A stretch of DNA of 61,968 bases, counting the filler, from Chiloscyllium plagiosum (Eukaryota): NCBI RefSeq assembly GCF_004010195.1. It is 5 parts of one record of this genome, joined end to end, with 100 filler letters (N's around TTAATTAATTAA, not from the genome) between each part and the next. Parts side by side here need not be neighbours in the genome. Positions count along the whole stretch, not along the records: positions 47,595 to 55,440 come from NC_057711.1; positions 55,541 to 61,968 come from NC_057711.1; 3 more parts are not named here. One strand, 5' to 3'. Positions 49,962 to 61,968 of this stretch are shown here, piece after piece. A program made the translations under genes and the position numbers. Each line of letters opens with the position of its first letter. Position 1 is the stretch's first letter. The notes below the pieces were generated by a model. That model searched no databases, was not told where the DNA came from, and worked only from the letters and a program-made list of their open reading frames with translations.

Positions 49962-51289
49962 GTAATACATTCTGAAATTTGCTAGGTGCATTTTTCCCTT
50001 GAGAAGCATAGAATTATTAGATGGTTAATTTGACCCATCCAAGCACTGTATTCCGGATCTTAATCAACTGCTTTGTGAAATTCCAGGTCTAGACTTGGCA
50101 TATCATAGTAGGTAATATGAATTCATGGCAGTAAGCAAGGTTGCCTTATTAGATTAAGAAATTTTAATCTTCTTTAGCAATAGAAAACATAAACTTGCCT
50201 CATGTCCATCATTTTATTTGCTGTGGCAATAGTGAAGGAAATTGCTGTTATGACCTCAGCTTAAGGTCTAAATTTCCATTGAATTGACCAGCATAGTCTC
50301 GAACTTGTCTGGGACCACTAGATGGGGCATCTCACTACAAATAAATTGTGAAAATAGTATGAGTCATCATGTTGAATTAACAACAAAACAGCAAATTGTT
50401 TTTATATTATGCTTTCAGTCTGGTAAAATATCCCCAAGTCACTTCACGGAATCGTTTTCAAATCGCATTTGACACTGACTTAACAAAAGGATGTTTAAGT
50501 GAATGTCTTAAAGGAGGACTGATGGATAGATAGTCAAAGAGATTATGGCTGTGGTCTTGGAGGAGATTTCTGCTCATCTCGTGATGAATGTCAGACAAGT
50601 AGTGTGGTAGTTTAGAGACAATGGAGGGGTCACAAGAGGTAATGTTGAGTCCTTAGCATACCTATGAATTGATGTTGCTGAAAGCTGTCATGTAGATGAG
50701 AAACAGGAGGATATGCCAGAGGTTACAGTAAGTGGGAACAAAAACTATTGAAGGCTGTTATCTGGCTGTGACTGGACAGATGAAAATCAAATCAATCCAG
50801 GGTAATCCCACTGAGCAGGATGAAATTAGAGTGTTCTTGCAAGAGGATGCTGCAAATAGTTTGAGAAGGCTGATGCAAGATGTCACATCAAATGTGCTGA
50901 GCTGGTGCTATGATGGAGCGCGAACCTGACTGAGGAGGGACTCAAACATGTACTTCTGGAGGATTGGCATAGAAATGACAACGTGTTTATTTACTATAGG
51001 AAGTTAAGGAAGGCTACAGATGAGGTGGCAATTTGGTAGAACAGAAGAGTGTAAGGTTGGCTTTTTTGAGAAAAACAATGATGATGGCTGAATTGAAGGG
51101 GATGAATGAAATAGAAGTGGAATTCTAAAGAGGGGATACACAGCATTACAAAGCAGCATTGCAGGGCTGTTAGCCAGGTAATAATACACAGAGACAGGTT
51201 GGGACAGATTGTGCAAATGTAAAAATCAATAGCAATTCAGCTAAAGTTGGAAAAAAAATGTTAAAAAAGGCAGAATAAATCCTTCTTTA

Positions 51290-54200
51290 CTTCACTGCAT
51301 GTAGCATTCACAGCAAAATACTGCAAAGAAAAAAATCAGTAGTATATATGGAAGATAATGGGTGTGATTTTATAGCCATTACAGAAGCTATAGGATTACA
51401 AGGAGATTAAACCAGGGCTATATGACTTTTTAAAAGGACAGGTAGGAAGGAAAGGGTGGTGGCATAACTTTTAAAGTATGAGATGGAATAAGTACGATAG
51501 CAAGAAATGTTTTAGAATCAGATGAGGTGGAATCCACATGGCTGGATGTAAGAAATAACACGGGGGAGGAATACATTGCTGCCCCTAACTGTAGCTATAT
51601 TACAGGAAAGAAAATAAATCAGGAAATAATGAGGGCATGTTTAAAAAAAGGCAGGTAGAATGAAAAAAATTAATTTGTCAAAAGTAGCTATGAGGGAGAA
51701 TTCATAAAATGTATTTCAGACAGTTCCGAAGTATAATGTGTTGTTGATCCAACCAAGAATTCTCAGAAAAAAAATCACCTAGGAATCTCATCACCATAAC
51801 ATAGTAGCATTTAGAATTCTCTTTGAGATGGAGGAACTTGTGTCAGAAACAAATGTGCAAAATTTAAAGAATGATACATGTTAAGAATGAGGGCAGAGTT
51901 GCCTGGAGTTGACTGCGAAAGAAGCTTTGCATGAATAATGGGATTTGTGAAAACAGTTCATGACTCATGGGAAAGACCTATCCAGGTGAGAAAGAAGGTT
52001 CCAGGAAGGAAGTAAACTAACCACGAAAGATAAAGACAGTATCAAATCGAAAGAAAAAGGACATACAATACGATTAGTGGTAAGGCACAGGATTGGGAAA
52101 CCTATGGAAACCAACACAAAAAGAGAAAATAAATCAATTTTTAAAAAAGAGCAGAAGGAGCTTCTTTAAATATATAAAAAGGAAGAGGGAAATCAAAGTG
52201 AATGTATGTTTCTTAAAGAATGGAGCTGGGAAACAATAACAAGAAACCAGGAAATAGCAGACAAATTAAGCAAATACTTTCCATCAGTTTTCATAGTAGA
52301 AGATGCTAATATTATTCCAAACATACTAAGTAATCAAGAGCAGAGGAAATACATACAAACACATCGGAAAAAATGTATTAGAGCATCTAATGAGGCTAAA
52401 GGCTGATAAGTCCCTTGGACCTCCTGGGTTGCATCATAGAATGGTAAATGAAGCAACTAAAGAGTAAGCGTGGTAATAAACTTGCAAGGACCCTTAGATT
52501 CCAGGAGGCTCAGAGAATTGAAAAAAATGTCAATGTAGCAACCTTATTCAAACAGAGATAGGGAAAAAAACAAGTAACTATAGGCCAATCAGCCTAATGT
52601 CTGTCATTGAGAATATATTAGAATCTATTATAAAGGACATATTAGCAGACCATTTAGAAAAACATTATACAATCAAACAGAATCAGCATGGCTTCTTGTA
52701 GGGGAAATTCATGCCTGGCAAATTTATTAGAATTCTTTGAAGAGGTAACAAGCAGAACCAATAAGGGGGAAACAGTGGATGTGATATATTTAGATTTACA
52801 AAGGGTGTTTGATAAGACACTGCACAAAAGTCAATTTAATTAGATAAGAGCTCTTGGTGTTGGAGGTAGTATATTAGTATGAATATAAGATTGTCTAACA
52901 AAAGAAAACAGAGTTGGAATAAGAATGCATTTACAGGATGGCAACCTGTTAGCAGTGGTATGCTGCAGGGATCAGTGCTGTGGCCACAATTATTTACAAT
53001 ATTTATGAATGACTTGTGTAAGGAAAGTGAATACACTATAGCTAATTTTGCAGGTGACACCAGAAAATCGATTGGAAGGAAAGTGGTGAGGGTAACACAG
53101 AGACTATAAAGATGAGACACAGATTAAGTAAGTGGCAAAAAACTTGGCAGATGAAATGTATGGTTGGAAAGTTGGAGGGTGTGCACTTTGGGAGGAAGAA
53201 TAGAGGAGGTAAATATTGCTTTAAGAAGAAAGACTGTAGAAAGCTGCAGCACAGAGGTATTTGGGGATAATCATGGATAAATAAGTTCAGTAGGCAAAGA
53301 GAACTTTGGTCTTTATTTCAAAGGAAATGGAGTATAAACTAGGGAAGTCTTCACTGTGAATAGTTTTAGTTCTCTTACCTAAGGAAATACATAGGTTTTG
53401 GATGCAGTCCATAGAATGTTCACAGTACTGATCCCAGGAATAGAAAGGTTTTCTTAGGAAGAGAGGTTGAGTAGGTTGGGCCTGTACTCATTGGAGTTTA
53501 AAAGAATGAGCAACAATCATATTAAAATGAAAGGATAATTAGTGGACTTGACAGACGCTGAGGAGGCTTTGCCCTTGAGATCAGAGGACATAATCTCAGA
53601 GTGAGGAATCATTCATTGAAGATAGATGTGGAGAAGTTTCTTCTGTGAGGATAGTGAATCCTTGGAATTTGGAGGGCTGTGGAGGCTGCTTTGTTCAGTA
53701 TATTCTAAGTTAAAAATCACACAACACTAGGTTAGAGTCCAGCAGGTTTATTTAGAAGCACTAACTTTCAGAGTGATGCTCCTTCATAATGTAGCTCGTG
53801 GAGCAGGATCATAGGACACAGAATTTTTAGCAAAAGATCATAGTGTCATACAATTGATGTGATATATTGAACAAATGTAAATTGCTGTTAAGTCTTTCAC
53901 CTTTTCGAATGGGTTGCAGGTTTTGATTCATTAGTATGTAAATCACAGAACTACTTTCATGCCACATTCCTAAGATAACAAGGTTTTATAATAAAAAGGT
54001 GACATCTCAGCTCAGATAATGCATTAAAGGTGTGAACTACCTGACGAAAGAGCAGCGCTCTGAAAGCTTGTATTTCCAAATAAACCTGTTGGACTATAAC
54101 CTGGTGTTGTGTGATTTTTTTAATTTGTCCACCCCAGTCTAACACCAGCAACTCCATATCAAGTATATTCAAGGCTGTGATGACAAATTTTTAACCAGCT

Positions 54201-54330
54201 AAGGAACCAAGGGTTATGGAGAAAAGGCAAGTAAGTGGAGCTGAGGATATTCAGATCAGCCACGACCTCATTGAAGAGTGGAGCAGACTGAATGGCCGAC
54301 TACTTCCACTATGTGTTTTGGTCTTATGGA
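51290..54330 (+). mobile_element. Old CR1 LINE (endonuclease through 3' end) in the DNAH6 intron
   Basis: Endonuclease remnants, QNQHGF, W.PV.SG..QGSVL.PQLFTIFMNDL and FAGDT. Many stops. Confidence 0.85.
53710..54161. mobile_element. Non-autonomous Penelope-derived element with inverted hammerhead-bearing termini
   Basis: 53710-53794 is the inverted counterpart of 54037-54122. Core CUGACGA...GAAA at 54041-54065. TSD AGTATATTC at 53697-53705 and 54162-54170. The interior resembles 12240-12450. Confidence 0.75.
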
Positions 54331-54531
54331 CAGTACCTGAGAAGAGAGAACCATTAACAGTATAAGATAAAGCGACAACCTCAGTAAAGGATGCAACTCA
54401 TAAGTTTAAAAATATTTAAAGTCATGCATATAAACAACTTTGTTGACAGATTTTAAAGTGTATTTTGAGCGAGCATTAGTCATCTATGTAGACTGAAGCA
54501 AAAACAACTAACAGCTAATATTCTCCCTCAG

Positions 54532-54678
54532 GTCACAAATGAACCTCCAAAAGGACTTCGTGCTAACATTCGACGAGCTTTCACGGAAATTACAGCCTCT
54601 TTCTTTGAGGAGCATACCTTGGGCAGGAAATGGAGAAAGCTAATCTTTGGCATTTGTTTCTTTCATGCTGTGATTCAG
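54532..54678 (+). CDS. DNAH6: Dynein axonemal heavy chain 6, next internal exon
   Basis: TTCTCCCTCAG acceptor and CAG|GTAAGA donor, 147 nt, phase 0-0. Encodes [49 protein letters not shown], in frame with the preceding exon. Confidence 0.94.
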
Positions 54679-54879
54679 GTAAGATTTGTTAAATAAATAA
54701 GCAATTATTGTTTATTAGCTTGTTTCTATTTCATTTCAAGGTGAATTTCAGCATATTTCAAAATCAGGATATTTTTGCTTTGAAATAATATAATCGTAAA
54801 TTTTCGCTGGAGAATAGGAAATTGAAGGGTGACCTTACAGAAGTTTACAAAATCACAAGGGGCATAAATAAGGTGAATA

Positions 54880-55440
54880 GGGGGGATCCAAGATGGCGGC
54901 CACCCAGTAAGACTGAGTCTATAGTGCTCCTCCCAAGACTTGGGCACAGTGGGTCACCTACCCCTTACCAAGCTCACCAAATCATTTATAAATCATTTAT
55001 AATAGTTTAGTAACTCAATTAGTTGTGTAATATTACATTTAAGCAACTTTATCCTAAGTAAAAATGACTAAAGGGAAGGGAGCCCGCAGCTCTCAGCAAG
55101 CAGGAACCCCTCCCCCACACTCTACAGCTGCAGCAGAGGCGTCCACAGCCGCCCCGAGGGACTTACCAACAGTAGCAAGCCTTGCAGAAATGCTTTCCAA
55201 GCTTGACTCGAAGATCGATGCCTTTATCGTCGAATCCAGAAATCGTTGGGAGTCGCTCTCGGCCGCGCTGAAGAAGCACGACCGTGAAATTGATGAAATT
55301 CAACGCCGAGTCGGAGGGGCGGAGCTAAAGGCCGCGACCTCCCAGACAACCGCTCAATCGGCCGTGGATCAGGTCCAGACTCTCGAGCAGCGAGTCCGGA
55401 CCTTGGAAAATCATATTGACAACCTCGATAATCGAGGTCG
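54880..55440 (+). mobile_element. L1-clade LINE 5' end: 5' UTR and ORF1 start (55064)
   Basis: GGGGGATCCAAGATGGCGGC start (YY1-like). ORF MTKGKG...coiled-coil...LENHIDNLDNRG, typical just before the ORF1p RRM. CpG-rich, consistent with a young copy. Confidence 0.85.
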
Positions 55441-55540
55441 NNNNNNNNNNNNNNNNNNNNNNNNNNNNNNNNNNNNNNNNNNNNTTAATTAATTAANNNN
55501 NNNNNNNNNNNNNNNNNNNNNNNNNNNNNNNNNNNNNNNN

Positions 55541-55751
55541 TCCTGCTTGCTGAGAGCTGTGGGCTCCCTTCCCTTTAGTCATTTTTACTTAGGATTAAAT
55601 TGTTTAAATGTAATATTACACAACTAATTAAATTACACAACTATTATAAATGATTTGGTGAGCGTGGTAGGGGGTGGGTGACCCACTGTACCCAAGTCTT
55701 GGGAGGAGCACTATAGACTCAGTCTTGCTGGGTCGCCGCCATCTTGGATCC
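55541..55751 (-). mobile_element. Second L1 5' end of the same family, opposite orientation
   Basis: Reverse complement of 54884-55105 with substitutions and a small indel. Confidence 0.85.
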
Positions 55752-55759
55752 AAGATATT

Positions 55760-58185
55760 ACTTTTAACACAATAACATTCAGAGATTCATTCAGATTCCT
55801 TTTCAGTGTATGCCTTTTGATACAAATGCTTTAAGTTTTCATCTTTCTATTGTAACTCAGTTAATTTACCTGAGCTAAAGATGTTTGCTGTGTTACCAAT
55901 CTGCTCCTGGCTTGTCTCAACCATCTGATCAAACAGGGTCTCTGCTAATTCCACTTCAACTTTCTTATCCGTACTCTTTGGTCTCTCCTGTTTCAGCTGG
56001 TGACTTTGTGACCTTGTTACCACTCAGTCAGGAAAATTTCCAGGATATGTGTCCTGCAATAGTTTCCACTAACTTTTCAACCATAGTAGGTAGCATTTCT
56101 AGCGGTAAATCAGCTATCTCATTAGCGAGGGCAAATTGTATTCCTGGAGCTGTGAGTTTGTCCAGTACTCTTACCACGAATTCTCCACTCTTCACTGGAC
56201 ACTCTAACCTCACTCTTTTTGTCTCACCATGAATTCCCATTACTAGTACCTTTTCTGGCAATAGTCCTTCAGAAGTACATATCTCCTCATCTTTCAGCAT
56301 CACAGATTGAGAGGATCCTGTGTCTCTTCATATTGTAACCTCTTTACCTGCTGCAACTGGCCTATGCGAATAAACTTTACCTTCACCTGTACAGTGGAAT
56401 GTTGATTATCTGAAGGGCACAGGCAGGGAGTATTTTGTTCAGTTAATCAAATGCTGGGTAATCAAATGCTGGATAGCATAGTTAGCCACGCATCAGAACC
56501 TTGTGATCTTGTTCGGCTCATCCGAAATTTGGTTAGTCGAATGCCGGATAATGAAGATTCCTCTGTATATGGTTTAAGAGGATCTGGCACTTCTTGCTTA
56601 ACCAAACTCCGACCAGCTTGAACATTCTGGTGCAGCTTTCTAGCCTCCACTGTGCTTTTTGTTACCACTCCAACGACATTCACTGGTTTATCCTGTTTTC
56701 CTACATCTAGCTTCCCAGTGCTTATCCTAACCCACAAACACCATGATTTAATATGGCTTACTTTATTGCAGGGAAAACACTGTAGCTTTTTAACTTCTCT
56801 GTCCCCTTCATGGGTTTCCTTTTTACCTTGTGGTAAGTTTTCCTTGTGATCTTCACCAAGATTGACCTTTCCCTTTCCACGTGAGGATTTCTCTTTTCCC
56901 CAATTTCTATTCCTCATGGATTGAAATCGATTCTGGAAGTCAAACTTTGCTTATGGACCAACTCATAATCATCAGCCATTTCAGTTGGTAATCCTGCTGT
57001 TTTAACTCTCTGCTATTCCACATCAGTTCTCACTACTTCAGAAAGTTAATTTTTGAACTCCTGTCGAAGTGTCAATTTCTGAAGTTCAAACTCTCTCTCT
57101 TTTTCTCTCTCTTCTGTGAAGGCAATTTGTGCTTTATCTCTTTCCTCTGCTTTTAATCGTCATTCCTTGTCTTTTACCTCAAACTCAAGCTGCTTTAGTT
57201 TCAACCGAATTTTAGTCATCTCTAAAGATTCTGATGGTGTTTTCAGCAAATTTAAATGCTGAGATACTGCTGTAATTATCTCTTCTTTCCTCACAGAACT
57301 ACGCAGCTCCAACTCTAGCCTGTCAGCCAATTCCAGCAGCTTGGCCTTAATCACCTTTTGTGAAACCCCAAGATCACTTCTACCAACCCCAGAAAGTTCC
57401 TGGTGACTGAAAGAGCCATTGCTAAACCAACCAAATTCAATACCCAGAACAAAAGACACCAACACCTACCACTCGCAGCTTTCGAGTCCAACAACCCAAA
57501 TCCAAATTGGAATGAAAGAACAAATCCCGCAAAGAGTCCCCAATCTGTTATGGACAAGCCCAGACCCCTCAAAAGATTTAAAGAAGGCAGCCCAGATCCT
57601 ACTTTTGCTAGTTGTTTTAAGCAGGTGTAGAGTGGCTATCCCAGGAATGATACAGCTGGTAAAACCACTCAGTTTTAAACAAAACAGAATTTATTTACAA
57701 GATTATTGAATGAAACACAAACGACAGAAAAAAGAATACCGAATAACATTTCCTTTCTGAAAACCCAACAGACAATCCTAACGTGATGAGGCTGTTCCAA
57801 ATACTTGCAACAATCTCCATAAAGACCCCTTGACACAAAAGGTAAAATCAAACACCGTTCTTACAGGATAGAAGTAAGAGAAAGTACCAGCCTGGACCAG
57901 CTTCTGGCTCTAGCAGCATTTCTTTTTCCACATTACTACATTACTGCTAAAAAAAAACAAACTAGAGAAAAGCTGATCTGGGAGAACTGGCCACACCCTT
58001 TTCATTGTCCCAGTGTTTCTTTGTAAAACTTGAAAGCCTGTGCCTGAGGTAGTATCTGTTAGCTAGTATCAAATTGGCCCTAAAACCTTTCAACCCCCAG
58101 GCTTTTCAGAGTCTGTGTTGATTAGGATCTCTCCAAAAAAAAGCCAAGGACTGCGTAACCCTGTTAAAGGAACAGCTTCATCACA
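55760..58185 (-). mobile_element. Truncated Gmr1-like Gypsy LTR retrotransposon (LTR, PBS-Pro, SCAN-like gag, CCHC, protease)
   Basis: LTR 58185-57546. PBS TGGGGACTCTTTGCGGGAT resembles tRNA-Pro. Gag ..KAKLLELADRLEL.. and EFKN.L.EVVRT..QRVKTA...EMADDYELVHK, zinc knuckle CFPCNKVSHIKSWC, protease RDTGSSQSV. Confidence 0.85.
56392..56565. mobile_element. Tc1/pogo(Tigger)-like MITE nested in the Gypsy element
   Basis: Imperfect TIRs CAGTGGAATGTTGATTATCTG / CGGATAATGAAGATTCCTCTG, flanked by TA on both sides. Confidence 0.7.
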
Positions 58186-59639
58186 CAAGGCGCAGGTGAA
58201 TCATGTGACAAAATGCTTCCCACTTGCCTGGATGGGTGCAGTTCCAATAGCACCATCCAGTACAAAACAGTCCGCTTGATTGACACTATAGGAAGAGTTA
58301 TACCTGAAACATTGACTTCTCCACCTCCTGATGCTGCCTGACCTGCTGTGTTTTTCCAGCCTCCTGCTTGTCTACACTACATCCACTCTCTCCACCACCA
58401 GTGCTCAGCAGCAGCCATGTGTCTTACCTATAAGATGCATTGTAGAAATTCATCAACGATCCATAGACAGTACCTTCCATCTCGATGATCATTTCCATTT
58501 AGAAGGACAAGGACAGTAGGCACATGGAAAGACCACACCTACAAGTTCCCCTCCAAACAACTCACCATCCTGAACTTGAAAATAAATTGCCATTCCTTCA
58601 TTGTCACGGAGTCAAAATCCTTGAATTCCTGTCTTAAGGGCATTGTGGGTCAACCTGCAGTGTTTGGACTGCAGCAGTTCAAGAAGACAGTTCACTATCA
58701 CCTTCCCAAGGGCAGCTAGGTATGGCAATATTACTGGCCAGCCAGTGATGCCCACATCCCACAAGTGAATACAATAAAATGACGAATAGATGTCTGATGG
58801 TTTTGTTGAAAATTCATTTGTTCTGGTTCAGGTTGAGTTGTTCATTTTGTTCCTGCAGAAGAAGGCAGTTGGGTGTACAAGATATGTTGCTTTGTCTTCA
58901 ACAAAGGGACAGAAAGTATTACAGAACATTACATCCTGTGCACTCAAACTGAAACTACAGAGAACATTCAACAGTTATAAATAAAATGAAGTGCTAATAA
59001 TATGCATTACACAACATCCAAACTTTGCAATCATTTTTGCCTGAGACAATTTAAAAAAACAACCCAAATTAAAGGTCTAAATTTCAAATTAGGATTCTTT
59101 AAGTATCTGTAAATAGATTGGAAGGATTAAACTTTGTCAGGCATTGCACTGAAAAAAATATCAGTAGGCAGTTCAAGTACTTACAAAGATAATTCTATCA
59201 GGTTGTGTGGGATTCTGCTGTTGACTTAACCAGCAATGGAACTGTCCTAGCAATTTTACCACAGACTTCCTCCTAATCACTGCCTCTAGGTCTGTGATCC
59301 AACTGAAAATGGTGGGAATTCCTGATGTTGAAGAGCAAATGAGCAAATTGTCAACGCCTTGTGTCACAACCCCTTATTTTATTATAATTTTGGTCAACCA
59401 TTTCGAACACCTTTTATCCATAATATTTTGCCGCCTAATTAGGATCTTGAATTTCTTTAGCCATTTGGATTTATGACTCGCTCTGAGTTGGATGAGGGGG
59501 GCAAGCCTGTTGTGTTTATGTTGATAACTTAGACAGCCGAAGTTACTAACAGTAATATTGACTGCTGAAATTAACTGTGAATGTTCCAATCATCAATACT
59601 TAGAATGGAATTCAGTTTGGGATGTCAACTTGCCATTTG

Positions 59640-60048
59640 AATTATAGAGAAATGCTGGATAGGCTGGGACTTTTTTCACTGGAGCACTGCAGTTGAGAGA
59701 CAACCTGATTGAAGTTTATAAAATAATGAAAGGTATCAATAGAGTTAATGGTAATTGCCTTTTCCCTAGGATGGGGGATTTCAAGATGAAGGGATACATT
59801 TTTAAGGTGAGAGGAGACGAGAGGCTTTTTTTTACAGATGGTGGTTCACATGTGGACTGAGGAAGTGTGGATGTGTTTACAATTATAACAGTTAAAGGAC
59901 ATTTGGATGGATACATGTTTAGAAAAGGTTTGTAGGGATATGGGCCAGGAGTAGGCAGATGGATCCAGTTTAGTTTGCGGTTATGTTTGGCATGGATTGG
60001 TTGGACCAAAGGATCTGTTTCCATGTTGTATGACTCTATGACTCTTTG
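59640..60048 (+). mobile_element. CR1 3' end
   Basis: Encodes YRE.LDRLGLFSLE...LIEVYKIMKG and ends in a (TGACTCTA)n tail. Confidence 0.85.
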
Positions 60049-60302
60049 ACTTGTGAAAAGCAAAGATATGTAGCATTGCAGTGTTTTGAGGGATATCAAG
60101 CATATTCATTCCTCCTCCCTTTTGTTCTCGTAACTGTTATTTTTGCCCACTCATAAATCTTGTTATATTGTGGAACTATATGGAGGTTAGTGCTTCAGAG
60201 CACAGAATTCTTGCTGTGACTTAATAGATTTGTTGGCTAGGGAACATCATTGATGTGAAAGAATTAACACAAATAAATAATTATTATGTTTTATAATCGC
60301 AG

Positions 60303-60336
60303 CGTGAACCGTGAGAGTGCTAAAATGAAGATGACG
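60303..60336 (+). CDS. Possible 34-nt micro-exon (VNRESAKMKMT)
   Basis: TTTTATAATCGCAG acceptor, ACG|GTAATG donor, one open frame, and several CpGs within AT-rich unique DNA. No homologue recognised. Confidence 0.25.
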
Positions 60337-61649
60337 GTAATGACCTTTTCAGCAGTGTTGACAATACATGCTGTCTGATAGCTGTCACCTCTATGTCGCT
60401 TCAGAAACCTATCAGAAGTTTCAGCGTGGCTCAGCAGGCTGCACTCTCAAGCAGATGCTTGTACGTGGCTCAACCCTCACTCCATGACTTGAGACCATGG
60501 TATAGTCTGATGCTTCTAATGGATACTCTGAGGGTATTGAACTGTTCAAGCTGTCATATATCTAATGAGATTTTAAACTGATGTCTGAGCAGTTCAGCTG
60601 GATGTAAAATATCCTGTTGGCATTATTCATGAAAGGCAGGAATTCTCCAGTGGCTCTTCTCCCTCAAGTAGCCCAACCTAAAACAGATTAAAAAGGGCTT
60701 GCATTTAGAGAGTGCCCACCACACACAAAAGATGCTGCATGTGTAGAGAGAAGCGTTCATTGTCAAATGTATAAGTTGTGATATAAAAATCACACGACAT
60801 CAGACTCTGGAGAGAACTGACAACGTGTGCAGCCTCATTCTAAGCTTAATAGTGCAGATATTTAGCAAAATATTAATTGTAAATAAATCTTACCAACAAC
60901 TTAAACTCTAGTAGTGTCAATAGATCCTAGAAAGGACAGAAGTTATTCTAAGACCTGTCACCATGGAAACAAACCATGCAGATTTTGCATTGTTGTCATG
61001 TAGTTACTTTTGTAATGTGCAAATGAATCGGCCAAATTGTGCAGAGCGCAAGATTACACCGACAGCAAGGGATAATCATTTTTCTTTAGTGGCTGGGTAA
61101 GAGAATATTATTTGTGGATTTAATGAGGTACATCTTGCCTTTCTTCAATATGATACCATTGGATCTTCCAACATCTCAGGTTAGCATGTCATCTCTGTCA
61201 TAGCAATATCTCTGACAACACAACACTCCATGAGATTATCATGCAATGTCCTTGTTCCAAACAGAACTATTCTGTTCAAAAATTAGTTGCACATTTGTTT
61301 AGATAACTGAAAATGCACTTCAAAATATATCCTATCAATGTAAAGAGCAAATGATCAAGACTTATGTAGACTGTTCAGTCCATCATGTCCGTACAGATGC
61401 CTAGCTAATCCTAACCTCCTGTATTCAGCCCATACTCCTGCAGTTAAAGCACTTCAGCTGTATGGTGCAAATACCTACCTTTACAGCCCTCCTGTAGTGA
61501 TCCAGAGTGAGGCATTTGACCCTTTGGGTTTGCTCTATCATTTAAGGTGATCATGGGTGATCATTTAAGTCAGTTCCTGATTTCTCCCTATACCCTTCCA
61601 AACATAAGAATTTATATGTAACTCCCCCTGAAAAACATTCAATGCTTTT

Positions 61650-61968
61650 GTCTAACTAATCCTTGGGGGGAGATTTGCTAGTGCTCTTGGGGGGGGTTTA
61701 AACTAACTCTGCAGGGGCATGGAAACCTAGACTGTAGCTTTAGGGTGCAGGACCTGGAGTGCAGGGAGGTTAGGAACATGGCATCAATCTCAAAGGAGGG
61801 TACTTGTAAACAGGAAAGTGGCTTGAAGTGTGTATACTTTAATGCAAGAAGTATACGAAATAAGGTAGGTGAACTTGCAGCGTGGGTTGGTACTTGGGAC
61901 TTCGATGTTGTGGCTATTACGGAGACATGGCTAGAACAGGGACAGGATTGGCTGGTGCAGGTTCCAGG
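61650..61968 (+). mobile_element. CR1 ORF1 end and ORF2 endonuclease start (continues beyond the window)
   Basis: Open frame GLKCVYFNARSIRNKVGELAAWVGTWDFDVVAITETWL, an APE domain N-terminus. Confidence 0.88.

Noticed and set aside
58850..58984. Acceptor-like site as the next DNAH6 exon
   Set aside because: Translates KKAVGCTRY..., not the expected ERKKFGPLGWN.

Overview
Repeat-dense vertebrate genomic DNA, most likely an elasmobranch (shark). This rests on HE1-type tRNA-SINEs, Deu-domain SINEs, abundant CR1 and Penelope-like elements, and a shark-type relaxin. The window is five contigs joined by artificial 100-bp spacers (44N-TTAATTAATTAA-44N), plus one 430-N gap, so long-range order is uncertain. 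Host genes: a complete two-exon relaxin-family preprohormone gene on the minus strand (43011-42828 + 41094-40748, 176 aa) with an identifiable promoter; two DNAH6 (axonemal dynein heavy chain) exons on the plus strand (49873-49961, 54532-54678); and one or two unassigned candidate exons. The rest is largely nested mobile DNA: a decayed, internally inverted endogenous retrovirus with a spumavirus/lokiretrovirus-like pol and a tRNA-Ser-like PBS; a Gmr1-like SCAN-gag Gypsy element and related solo LTRs; several Penelope-like elements and derived mini-elements carrying minimal hammerhead-ribozyme motifs (one is a 190-bp hairpin with a ribozyme core on each strand); L1 5' ends; CR1 and L2 LINEs; SINEs; a MITE; and Harbinger fossils. 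All family assignments come from motif recognition by eye; no database search was run.
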